Of a stretch of 64,000 bases of DNA, positions 27,584-36,722 are shown in pieces. The notes under the pieces are model-generated. The model saw only the letters and a program-made list of their open reading frames with translations. It searched no databases and had not been told where the DNA came from. A program made the position numbers and the translations under genes. How positions within the stretch are numbered: position 1 is the stretch's first letter; each line of letters begins with the position of its first letter. The stretch is from an uncultured Gemmatimonadota bacterium. Its GTDB lineage: Bacteria > GCA-2686955. The stretch is taken from positions 1 to 64,000 of the forward strand of contig CAZBBK010000021.1 of assembly GCA_964490075.1 (NCBI GenBank), given 5' to 3'.

Positions 27584-27828
27584 GCCGCGACAGCCTGCTC
27601 GACCTGCTGACGCCGCTGGAACGCGCGACTCTGGAGCAAGAGATATCCGACTACTACTCGCAAGTTGCGGAGCAAGAGCTGAGCGAGGCACGGATTCAGG
27701 GCGACGAGGACTTCGCGATGGTGCGCCGCCGCGAGCTGGTGCGCCGCCTCAACGAGACCGCCCTCGGCCTGCTCTGCAGCGCCGCGGGGCTCTACTTCTG
27801 GACCTTCTTCAGCTCCCGCTTCATCTAG
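27580..27828 (+). CDS. Small hypothetical protein with C-terminal TM helix
   Basis: ATGA overlap with the wzz-like gene; GGAGGAG RBS; hydrophobic C-terminus. Confidence 0.65.
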   Translation: MSRDSLLDLLTPLERATLEQEISDYYSQVAEQELSEARIQGDEDFAMVRRRELVRRLNETALGLLCSAAGLYFWTFFSSRFI

Positions 27829-27852
27829 GGCACGACACAGGACGCCGCACGC

Positions 27853-28140
27853 ATGGCCAGTGGATTCGACGAGAGAGCACGCATCAAGGCGGTGCGGGCC
27901 GCCTTCGACCAGCTCCTGCGCCCGCGCCTGGACGAAGAGACCCGGCTGTGCCGCGAGCAGGGCCAGGTGTTCTACCGGGGGCGCTGGATGCCCCAGAACG
28001 AGGCCACGCGAATCCACTTCATGATGGCGCGCGACTCCGAGCGCACCTTTTTCGACCTGGCGGTCCTGCTGGTCCTCTACGTCGCGCTCTTCGGTGCGGT
28101 GTTGTGGCGGGGTCCGGCGCTGCTGATGAAGATGCTCTAG
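27853..28140 (+). CDS. Small hypothetical protein with C-terminal TM helix
   Basis: 95-aa ORF with normal codon usage; FYRGRW motif; hydrophobic C-terminus. Confidence 0.65.
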   Translation: MASGFDERARIKAVRAAFDQLLRPRLDEETRLCREQGQVFYRGRWMPQNEATRIHFMMARDSERTFFDLAVLLVLYVALFGAVLWRGPALLMKML

Positions 28141-28162
28141 GAGGCTGTTGCGCAACAGCCTC
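28141..28162. terminator. Perfect 22-bp palindrome between convergent genes (bidirectional terminator or IS-end footprint)
   Basis: GAGGCTGTTGC|GCAACAGCCTC fills the whole gap between the two stop codons. Confidence 0.5.
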
Positions 28163-30004
28163 TTAGTTCAGGTAACCCAGCGAGCGCAGCTCCGCCTCGA
28201 TGCTGGCGTCGAGATCGGGGTCGACCGCGAAGGAGCTGCGCTGCGCCTCGGTCTCGTAAGAGGCAATTGAGGCCGGCGGGCGGCGCGCCACTTGCGCGGC
28301 GTCGATCGCTTCCAGGAGCGGCCGTCCCGGCATGTCGCGGGCGATCGGGAATCCCATCAGGTAGAGCGCGGTGGGAGCGGCGTCGACCAGGTGGACCGGC
28401 TGCTCGATCAGCGTGCCCGGGCGGATGTCGGGTCCCCAGAGCAGCATGATGCCGTCGATGCGATGGTTGCCGCTCCAGTCGGCGCGCGACTTCCCCTTGG
28501 TCCACAGATCGAGGATCCAGCCGTGCTCCTCCTCCCACGGTCCCGCTCCGTGGTCGGAGATCAGGATCAGATCGGTGTTCTCGTCCAGCGCCGCGAGCAA
28601 GGAGCCGAGCATGTCGTCGACGTGCCGGTAGACCGCCTCGACCGGATCGAGGCCGACCTCGATCAGCCGCATGCCGGAGCTCAGCTGGGGATCGTGGAAC
28701 TCCCAGAAATGATGCTGCACCACGTCCGGCCCCTTGACGTAGATCGACAGGAAGTCCCACTCCTCCTGTTCGGCCACCCGCGGCCCCAGAACCATGGCGA
28801 GGTTGTCGAACTCGAAGAGCTTCTCGACCTTGGGCGGCACGAAGCTGTCGGCGATCTGCTCGCCTTCGCAAGGGACGAAGATGTTGCCGACCGAAAAATC
28901 CGCTGCCAGCTCCGGCAGGGAGTAGCGTTCGACCAGGTCGGCCGGCACCACCCGGTCGGCGGCCTCGTGGCCACCGCGGTAGCGATCGGAGACCACGAAA
29001 CCGTTGACATCCTCGATCGGCCAGGAGGGCCACCAGGCCACGCTGCCGACCTCGAGCCCGTACTCGGAGTAGATTTGCCAGAGCGACTGGACGCGGCGCA
29101 TCGCGGCGTTGCTCGGCATGTAGCTCAAGGCGTCGGAGTGGAGCGGCAGACGGAAGGGGAGCGGCTCCTTCAGGCCGGGCACGAAGGTGACCTCCATGTC
29201 GAGGATTCCGTGGTCCTTCGCTTCGCGCCCGGTGATGACGGTGCTCCAGAGCACCGGCGAGCGCATCCCCCCCGAGGCACTGTTGGTCAGGGGCTGAATC
29301 GGTGAGACGGTCGAGTGGAGCGTGGCGCGCGCCCCCTCGGTGACCAGGCGCTGGAGATTGGGCAGCTGATCGCGCTCGAGCATCGGATCGATCACCTTCC
29401 AGGTGGCGCCGTCGACTCCGAGCAGCAGCACGCGGCGCCCGGTCGGTTGCAGCTGAGCCTCGATCTCGGCGCGATCGCCCCGCGCCTCCGGCAGGCGCGA
29501 AGACCAGGCCCCGAGCGCCAGCAGCAGCGCCAGCAGGGGTGGCGCCCCCCACCAGGGGCCGCCGCGCCGCGGCCGCACCAGGAACCGGGCGACCAGCCAA
29601 CCCAGCAGCAGCGACACCACCAGCACCACCAGCGCCTCGAGGTGGATGGTGCCGTCGTGCGGGCTGAAGGGTCGCCGTGCCAGCACCCGCGCCGGGGCCA
29701 CGATCGCGAAGGCGCAGAGCCCCAGAGCGGCGCCGGCGGCCACCCGGCCCGGGACCCGGCGGCGCCCGCGGACGAGCTGCGCCGCGAGCTCCAGCGCCAA
29801 GCAGAAGAGGCCCAGCGGCAGCCCGAAGTAGAGCAGGAAGTAACGCCAGATGCGCAGCAGGTCGCCGAAGAGCGGCTGCAGCTCCATCAGCCGCAGCAGC
29901 TGCAGCTCCAGCGCCAGCGAGCCGAGCAGCGCCGCCGCCGCTCCCCAACCGGCTCCCCTGCGCGCGGCATCGCGCCACGCGCTCGCCTCTCTTCGGCTCT
30001 TCAA
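28163..30004 (-). CDS. Membrane-anchored alkaline-phosphatase-superfamily (type I phosphodiesterase-like) protein
   Basis: N-terminal TMs; VLLLGVDGATW, SPVLWSTVITG, GPDVVQH, ISDHG, GNH, LRSLGYL. Confidence 0.85.
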   Translation of the reverse strand: MKSRREASAWRDAARRGAGWGAAAALLGSLALELQLLRLMELQPLFGDLLRIWRYFLLYFGLPLGLFCLALELAAQLVRGRRRVPGRVAAGAALGLCAFAIVAPARVLARRPFSPHDGTIHLEALVVLVVSLLLGWLVARFLVRPRRGGPWWGAPPLLALLLALGAWSSRLPEARGDRAEIEAQLQPTGRRVLLLGVDGATWKVIDPMLERDQLPNLQRLVTEGARATLHSTVSPIQPLTNSASGGMRSPVLWSTVITGREAKDHGILDMEVTFVPGLKEPLPFRLPLHSDALSYMPSNAAMRRVQSLWQIYSEYGLEVGSVAWWPSWPIEDVNGFVVSDRYRGGHEAADRVVPADLVERYSLPELAADFSVGNIFVPCEGEQIADSFVPPKVEKLFEFDNLAMVLGPRVAEQEEWDFLSIYVKGPDVVQHHFWEFHDPQLSSGMRLIEVGLDPVEAVYRHVDDMLGSLLAALDENTDLILISDHGAGPWEEEHGWILDLWTKGKSRADWSGNHRIDGIMLLWGPDIRPGTLIEQPVHLVDAAPTALYLMGFPIARDMPGRPLLEAIDAAQVARRPPASIASYETEAQRSSFAVDPDLDASIEAELRSLGYLN

Positions 30005-30019
30005 GGTCTCTCCTCTGGG

Positions 30020-32968
30020 TCAGTGCAGTGGGCGGATCAGGGGCGCCGACCAGGGCGCGTCGAGGGTCAGAGTCCAGCGCCAGGCGAAACGATTCTGCTC
30101 GTCCACGAGCTGGGGGTGGCTCAGCCAGAGCGGCAGGTCGATACCGATGGGCAGCCGGCCGAAGAGCCGGGCGCGCAGACCGATTCCGGCATCACGAGGC
30201 ATCCCCAGGGCGGGATCGTCGACCCCGGCTCCCCCCGGAGCGCAGGCGTCGAAGAAGAGCAAGAGGCGCGGCGCACCGAGCAGCCCGGTCAGCGGCAGCC
30301 CGAAGAGCGGCCAGGGATGCTCCAGCTCCAGGCTCGCCGCCGCCATGCGCTGCGCCGCCAGGTCGCCGGCGCCGCCAAAGTAGCCGCGCACGTTGCCCTC
30401 GCCCGGCATCCACAGATGCCAGTCGTCGGGGGCTCCGCCCGGCGAGGCCAGCCAGGGCGCACGGTGGCGGGCGCGGGCTCCGGCTCCGCCGAGGCGGAAG
30501 CGCTCGTGGGCCGGGGTCGGCTCGGAGCTCAGACCGCCGAAGAGCCGCAACCGGCCGCGCAGATCGGTGCCTTCGGGCGCCGCGGCGAGCCGCGCGCGCA
30601 GCGCCAGGCGATCGAAGCCGTGGTCGCCGCCGAAGATCTCGAAGCCGCGGCGCAGCCCGAGCGCGGCGTCGAGATCGAAGGGATAGTGACGCGTCGTGAT
30701 CTCGTAGAAGATGCCCAGCGTGTGGGTGTCCCCGGCCTTCCAGCCGGCGCCGTCGAGGCGTGCCCCGACCGTCTCGCGCTGAACCTCGATGCCGAAGTGG
30801 CGATGCGGGGGATAGACCTCATCGCGGGCACCCCAGCGCTCGAATCGCCAGGCGAAACGCTGCAGTCCCTCGACATCTTCGACGGCGAAGGACTGGGCCC
30901 CCTCGCGCCCCCAGCCCTTGAAGCGTCGCGAGGGCAGCGCCAGGCGGAAGCGATAGTCGAAGCGCTGCTGCTGCTCGGACCACCAAGCGCCCACCAGGGC
31001 CTGGTCGAACCACCCGCCGTAACCGAGCCGGAAGTTGGCGCCCAGGCGCAGGCCGTCGATCTCGTTGTGCCAGCCGCCGGGACGCCAACGCAGGGTGTAG
31101 GCCCGCTCCACGGGCTCCGCGAATCCCGGCCAGTCGAAGCGCAGATCGGTGCGCCGCGGCCAGCGGTCGTTGCGGCGGTCGACGTCGGCCAGCTCGGCGC
31201 GCGGATCGAGCAGATAGCTCGCCGGCCGCTCGCGGGTCACCACCTCCAATGTGGTGATTCGCTCCTCCCCGGAGCCGTCCAGCACCACGGTGTCGCGATC
31301 GTCGGCCTCCCCCGCGCGCCCCCCCGCGCCGCGCAGGTGCAGCTCGAAGGGAGCCGCGATTTCGCCGAGGCGCTCCACGGTCACCACGCTGCGCCAATCG
31401 CCCTCCGGCGTGCGGCTCTGCACCACCTCGTCGATCGCCAGGTCGATCCCCTCGCAGGCCCGCAGCCAGGCATCGAAAACCGCTCCCAGCGAACGCCCCG
31501 AAGCGTCCTCCAGCGCCGCCCGAAAGCGCTCCTCGGTGACGTGGTCGAGCGCCCAGCGCTCGTAGTAGAGCCTCAGGCCGCGATCGAATGTCTCTCGGCC
31601 GAGCAGGAAAGAAAGGTGCTCGAGGAAGAGCGAGGCGCGCCCGTAGACCATGTCGCGGTAGGCCTCGACGAAATCGTGGGAATGGGTATCGACCGGCTCC
31701 AGCCGGAAGCGCCGCGCGCGCTCGGCGTGACGCCGGCGGCCGCGCTCCCAGAGACCCTCGCGGCCGGTCAGGCGCTGGTAGGGGTGCACTCCCTCGCGCT
31801 TGCCCTCGGGGCCGTAGCGCTCGCTGAGGTAGCGGGTGGTCTGCCAGGTGGTGAAGCCCTCGTCGAGCCAGGCATGGGCGGTCTCGTCGTTGGCGAGAAT
31901 GCCGTAGAAGTAGATGTGGCCGACCTCGTGCAGCACCAGACCTTCGCTGGGCCGCCCGTCCATCACCAGCATGGGGTACTCCATGCCGCCCTTCACCAGG
32001 CCGTGCACCAGGCTGAGCTGAGGATAGGGATAGGGGCCGACCAATCCCTCGAGCCACTCCAGGGCGCGGGCGCCGTAGACGTGCACAGAGTCGCGCCAGG
32101 CGTCTCCGTCGGCGGCGTCGATGAAGCTGTGGATCGGAATCTCGTTCCAGGAGGTATCGACCAGCGCGAAGCGCGGCGAGCTGCACCAGGCGAAGTCGTG
32201 CACCTCCTCGGCCGCGAAGCTCACGCGGCGGCGCTCCTCCTCGCCAAAGGGCTCGATTCCCTCCCCCGCGTAACGCGCGCGGGCCTCATCCCAGCCGGCA
32301 TCCCCGGCGCTGATCACCCCGGTCGCCGCCACCACGTGGTCGGCGGGCACGTCGATCGACACCCGGAAGGAGCCGAAGTCGCCGTAGAACTCGCCCCGGC
32401 GGTAGGGGTCGGTGTCCCAGCCGTCGGCGTCGTAGACCGCCATCTTTGGGTACCACTGGGCCATGTCGAACTGCTCGCCGCGCCACCCGGAGCGCACGGT
32501 GTGGCGGCGCACCTGGCCCCGCCAGACCAGCTCGACCCGGACCGTATCACCCGGTGCCAGCGGCGGATCGAGCCGCACTCTGAGCAGGGTGTAGTCGACC
32601 CGGTGCGCCGCCGCGCGCCCGTCGACCGCCAACGAGTCGATGTCGATCCAGCCTCGATCCTGCTCATCCAGGGCGTCGAAGAGCCGGCCGGTGTAGTGGC
32701 GCCAGTGGTCGCGCCGCATCGGTGAGCCTTCATCGCGGAAGGCGTTGGGATAGAGGTGGAAGACGAGCTGCTCCAGGGTGTCGGGCGAGGCGTTGGCGTA
32801 TTCGACCCGCTGCCGCGCTCGCAGCTCTTTCTGCGGCGCGTCGAGCCGCACCTCGATCTGGTAGCTCGGGCGCATGCGCCACTCGGCGGCGGGCTCGGCG
32901 CCGGCCGCCGCGGCCATCAGGAGGGGAAGCAGCGCTGCGGCGAGGATTCGAGGACGCGGGACCGGCAT
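30020..32968 (-). CDS. M1-family zinc aminopeptidase with putative C-terminal Omp85-like barrel
   Basis: Signal peptide; GGMEY; HEVGH-x18-E. C-terminal region has NVRGY, FFDA and DAGIGLR. Confidence 0.88.
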   Translation of the reverse strand: MPVPRPRILAAALLPLLMAAAAGAEPAAEWRMRPSYQIEVRLDAPQKELRARQRVEYANASPDTLEQLVFHLYPNAFRDEGSPMRRDHWRHYTGRLFDALDEQDRGWIDIDSLAVDGRAAAHRVDYTLLRVRLDPPLAPGDTVRVELVWRGQVRRHTVRSGWRGEQFDMAQWYPKMAVYDADGWDTDPYRRGEFYGDFGSFRVSIDVPADHVVAATGVISAGDAGWDEARARYAGEGIEPFGEEERRRVSFAAEEVHDFAWCSSPRFALVDTSWNEIPIHSFIDAADGDAWRDSVHVYGARALEWLEGLVGPYPYPQLSLVHGLVKGGMEYPMLVMDGRPSEGLVLHEVGHIYFYGILANDETAHAWLDEGFTTWQTTRYLSERYGPEGKREGVHPYQRLTGREGLWERGRRRHAERARRFRLEPVDTHSHDFVEAYRDMVYGRASLFLEHLSFLLGRETFDRGLRLYYERWALDHVTEERFRAALEDASGRSLGAVFDAWLRACEGIDLAIDEVVQSRTPEGDWRSVVTVERLGEIAAPFELHLRGAGGRAGEADDRDTVVLDGSGEERITTLEVVTRERPASYLLDPRAELADVDRRNDRWPRRTDLRFDWPGFAEPVERAYTLRWRPGGWHNEIDGLRLGANFRLGYGGWFDQALVGAWWSEQQQRFDYRFRLALPSRRFKGWGREGAQSFAVEDVEGLQRFAWRFERWGARDEVYPPHRHFGIEVQRETVGARLDGAGWKAGDTHTLGIFYEITTRHYPFDLDAALGLRRGFEIFGGDHGFDRLALRARLAAAPEGTDLRGRLRLFGGLSSEPTPAHERFRLGGAGARARHRAPWLASPGGAPDDWHLWMPGEGNVRGYFGGAGDLAAQRMAAASLELEHPWPLFGLPLTGLLGAPRLLLFFDACAPGGAGVDDPALGMPRDAGIGLRARLFGRLPIGIDLPLWLSHPQLVDEQNRFAWRWTLTLDAPWSAPLIRPLH

Positions 32969-33056
32969 TCGCAGAGACTCGGGGTTGGAGGGGCTCGGAG
33001 GACGGGGGGATTCGGAAACGGTGGAGGATACGATGGACGGAGGGGGTGTGGCGGTT

Positions 33057-34757
33057 TTACCCCCGTCGCCGCGCCCCGAGCAGCGTGATGTCGTCCGCCC
33101 GCGCTGCGCCTGCGCGGTGGTGGCGCAGGCGCGCCAGGAGCGCGCGCAGGGTTCGGTGCAGGGGCCGCGGGGGGCGGGCTTGGTCGGCCAGGAAGCGTTC
33201 CAGGCGCGCGACTCCGAACTCCTCTCCGATCGGGGAAGTTGTCTCCGTCACGCCGTCGGTGTAGAGCAGCAGCAGCGATCCGGGCTCGAGGTCGACCCGG
33301 CCGGCCTGGTAGCGGGCGTCGGGCAGGACGCCGAGCACCAACCCGCCGGAATCGAGGCGCGCCAGCTCGCCGCCGGCACCGACGGCCAGCGGCGGATCGT
33401 GGCCGGCGTTGACGTACTCCAGAGTGCCCGTGTTCGGATCGAGCAGCCCGACGAAGAGCGACGAAAAGCGGGCGTGGGCCATGCGGGCGCGGCACAGCAG
33501 GCGGTTGGCCCCGGCCACCACCTCGGCCAGATCGCTCTCGCTCTGGCGCAGGCCGTCGCGCACCGAGGCGTGCAGGGTCGCGGCGAGCATCGCCGCCGGC
33601 GCCCCCTTGCCCATCACGTCCCCCACCACCAGGGCCAGGCGACCGTCCACCTCCAGCCCGTCGTAGAGGTCGCCGCTCATCTCCAGCGAGGGGAAGTTGG
33701 CGCCCTGGATCTCCCAGTCCACCGGCTGCGGGATGCGCCGCGGCAGCAGTCCGCGCTGAATGCCTCGCGCCGTCTTGAGCTCGCGGCGCAGCGCCTCGGC
33801 CTCCACCTCGGTGGTGTGCAAGCGCGCGTTCTCGATCGCGACCGCCGCCTGGGCCGCCACCGAGGCCAGCACCTCCGCGTGCTCGGCCCGGTAGGTCGCC
33901 GGGGCATCGCTCTCGAGCACCAGCACCCCGGTCTGCGCGCCCGCCAGGGTGAGCGGGATGGCGACCGAGGAACGCGTGGCGCCGCGCGCCTCCACGTAGC
34001 GCGCTTCGCGCGCCACCTCCGGCACCAGCACCGCGCTGCCCCGCTCCAGCGCCAGACCGGCGATCCCCTGGGTCGTCTTCAGCTTGACGAAGCCGAGATC
34101 GGAGAAGCCGCGGGCGGTGGCCGGCTGCAGCTCGTTCGATTCCGGCTGCAGCAGAAAAATCGCCGCCGCGTCGAAGGGCACCAGGTCGGCGAGCGAGTCG
34201 AGCAGGCGCTCGATCACCTCCTCGATGCGCAGCGAGGCGGTGACGTGGCGCTGCAGGTCAAGCAGCACGCGGCGCTCGTGGCTCAGGCGCCGCGCCCGGG
34301 CCAGCCGCCAGGAGTTGCACAGCGCCCGGTTCAGCGCCCCGCCCAGACGCTCCAGGTGGCGCCGCTCGCCCCAGGGCAGGGCGCGCAGAGCGACGAAGCC
34401 GTCGATCTCCTCGTCGCCGGCGAGCGGCAGCAGCAGGTCGACCGTCTCCAGCGGCAAGGGCGGGTCGCAGGCGGCGGCGAAGGCCGCCAGCTCGCTTTCG
34501 CCAGGGGCCAGGCTGCGGGCGCTCGGCAGGGGGCGCTCGGCGGGCATCGTGATCCCGGGCGGCAGAGTGGTGTTGCTCACCAGCACGGCGATGCGCGGCT
34601 CGCCGCGCCCGACCCGCAGAAAGATCGCCGCGCCGGCGACCCCGTGCACCTGCCGCAGGCCGTCGAGCGCGACGCGGCCCACGCGGGTCAGATCGATGGT
34701 CGAGGCGACCTCGATCAAGAGCTCCAGGCGATCTCGTTCGTTGCCACCGATCGGCAT
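33057..34757 (-). CDS. GAF + SpoIIE/PP2C phosphatase
   Basis: GAF domain; SGDLYD, VGDVMGKG, NAGHDPP, LYTDGVTE, DDIT. Confidence 0.9.
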   Translation of the reverse strand: MPIGGNERDRLELLIEVASTIDLTRVGRVALDGLRQVHGVAGAAIFLRVGRGEPRIAVLVSNTTLPPGITMPAERPLPSARSLAPGESELAAFAAACDPPLPLETVDLLLPLAGDEEIDGFVALRALPWGERRHLERLGGALNRALCNSWRLARARRLSHERRVLLDLQRHVTASLRIEEVIERLLDSLADLVPFDAAAIFLLQPESNELQPATARGFSDLGFVKLKTTQGIAGLALERGSAVLVPEVAREARYVEARGATRSSVAIPLTLAGAQTGVLVLESDAPATYRAEHAEVLASVAAQAAVAIENARLHTTEVEAEALRRELKTARGIQRGLLPRRIPQPVDWEIQGANFPSLEMSGDLYDGLEVDGRLALVVGDVMGKGAPAAMLAATLHASVRDGLRQSESDLAEVVAGANRLLCRARMAHARFSSLFVGLLDPNTGTLEYVNAGHDPPLAVGAGGELARLDSGGLVLGVLPDARYQAGRVDLEPGSLLLLYTDGVTETTSPIGEEFGVARLERFLADQARPPRPLHRTLRALLARLRHHRAGAARADDITLLGARRRG

Positions 34758-34909
34758 GGGCGGACTTCAGCGCAGGGTTGGAAGGAGGAACCAGCGCGCC
34801 GACCTCGGGGCGCGCCCGCGACAGTAGCATGGCCCACTCCGGGGACACTGGGCGCCGAATCGAGGCTATGCTGGCTTCTGGGAGCAGGTGCCGGCAAAGG
34901 AGGCGGGCG

Positions 34910-36643
34910 ATGCGCCGAGGCGGCTCCACGACACTGTTCCTGGCGATCCTGATCGCGTCGATCCCGCCCCCGCGCGGGGCCCACGCCCAGCGCGAGATGG
35001 CCACCGTCGAAACCCTGGAGATGGTCTACAACACCGAGGATCTCCTTCGCTTCGTCCCGGCCGGTCCCGGGGGACCCCATCTCTTCCTTTCCATCGTTCC
35101 GGACCAGTACTCGACGATTCAGGCGGCGGTCGACGCCGCGCCGCGCTCCGGAGGCACCATCCTGGTGCGATCGGGCACCTACGCCGAGTCGGTGATCATC
35201 GACGCCAACCGCTTCGATGATCTCACCATCGAGGGGGAGTGCGGTACCCGGCCCCTGATTGCGCCCAGCAGCGGCCATGGCTTCCGGGTCGACAACCAAT
35301 CCGACCGCCAGGTGACGGTGAAGATCCGCAACTTCCACATCGACGATGTCGCCAGCGGCATCTCCGTCAACAACTCCAACTCCGACGTCGATGCGATCAC
35401 CACCACACTCTACGCATCCCGCCTGCTGGTCACCGACAGCTCGCACGGCATCCAGGCAGGCAACGCCACCGGCACCCACCACTGCAACGGCAATTGGGGC
35501 GCCATCCGTGAAGAGTACCTCGATCAGCCGATCACCGCCGTCTACGTCAGCAACTGCGCCTTTCTGGGCGGTTCCTCCGACGGTATGAACCTGTGGCGCG
35601 CCACCGGAGCGATCGTTTCCAACATCATCGCGCAGCATTCGGACGAAGGGGTCCACAGTACCGACCTGCACGACGCGATCGTAAGCAACAACTTGATCAT
35701 GGGGCACTACGACAACCAGTTTCACCTGCAACACGCCGGCGACGTGAAATTCAAGAACAACGTGATCCTGGCAGGGCCGGACGACCATTGGGGATATTAT
35801 GCCGATGGCGTGGCGGTGGCCGGTAACCGCGATCCACACAATCCTACCCGCTCCGAGGTTCGCATCGGCAACAACATATTCTACGGCTGCGGGGGAGCCG
35901 GAGTCCGGGTTGGTGGCGTCACGATTCGCGAACCGGGCTCGCCCTGCGAGGAGTACAACCTGCCGAGCAAGACCTGGGTCAAGGGCAACGTGTTTCTGAG
36001 CAACGCTGACGGCGGGCAACGCTACGCGATCCACTTCCAGGATCCGACCCACAACGTGCTCACCAATTGGGCCGACTACAATCTCTTCTACGAGAACAAC
36101 GGCCGCGACTTCGGCCCCGACACTCTGTTCCTTGGTAGCAACAACTTATTTGCCACCGACCCGCTCTTTTCGGCGCTTCCCAAGTGGAACGGTCTCTTGA
36201 ACATGACCGAACCCGAACAGATGCGCGGCGTGCTGATGGGCTTCCGCCCGCATCTCGTGTCGCCATTGATCGACGCCGGCGCTGTCGATCCGATCGTCAA
36301 CGATCAGTCGTACCTGGCGGAAGGCACGGTGCGCAACGACATCGGTCTCTTCGGGGGCCCCTCGGCGGTGCCGGGCCCCAACTTCATCGGTCCACGACCG
36401 ACCCCCTGCCTGCCGGTGTGCGCGGTCTGGAGCCGGAACACGGTCTACTTCGACGACCCGCTCTACCTGGAGCCCGGCGGCGATCCCCTCGGTGCCTCGA
36501 CCGAGGCCGAGATTCTGGGCCAGCAGGTCAACCTGCACTGGGTCCAGGAACGGATCGAGATGGACTGGGTGAACGAGACCGACCTGCTCTCCTACCACGA
36601 GCTGGGCAACCAGGCCCTGGAAGTGCATACGGTCGGGCCCTGA
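34910..36643 (+). CDS. Secreted right-handed parallel beta-helix protein
   Basis: AAGGAGG RBS; signal peptide; VPDQYSTIQAAVDAA...GTYAE; Asn-ladder repeats; SPLIDAG...NDIGLFGGP. Confidence 0.8.
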   Translation: MRRGGSTTLFLAILIASIPPPRGAHAQREMATVETLEMVYNTEDLLRFVPAGPGGPHLFLSIVPDQYSTIQAAVDAAPRSGGTILVRSGTYAESVIIDANRFDDLTIEGECGTRPLIAPSSGHGFRVDNQSDRQVTVKIRNFHIDDVASGISVNNSNSDVDAITTTLYASRLLVTDSSHGIQAGNATGTHHCNGNWGAIREEYLDQPITAVYVSNCAFLGGSSDGMNLWRATGAIVSNIIAQHSDEGVHSTDLHDAIVSNNLIMGHYDNQFHLQHAGDVKFKNNVILAGPDDHWGYYADGVAVAGNRDPHNPTRSEVRIGNNIFYGCGGAGVRVGGVTIREPGSPCEEYNLPSKTWVKGNVFLSNADGGQRYAIHFQDPTHNVLTNWADYNLFYENNGRDFGPDTLFLGSNNLFATDPLFSALPKWNGLLNMTEPEQMRGVLMGFRPHLVSPLIDAGAVDPIVNDQSYLAEGTVRNDIGLFGGPSAVPGPNFIGPRPTPCLPVCAVWSRNTVYFDDPLYLEPGGDPLGASTEAEILGQQVNLHWVQERIEMDWVNETDLLSYHELGNQALEVHTVGP

Positions 36644-36650
36644 GCACGGT

Positions 36651-36679
36651 TTGACCGCGACGCTGCCCCTTGGTAGCGT
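36651..36679 (+). promoter_or_regulatory. Putative sigma70 promoter for the pmm-rnd-aminotransferase-yqeB run
   Basis: TTGACC (36651-36656), 17-nt spacer, TGG-TAGCGT (extended -10). Confidence 0.55.
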
Positions 36680-36722
36680 AGGCGCCTCGTTCGGCGCCCC
36701 TTCTCCTTGAGATCCCAAGCCC

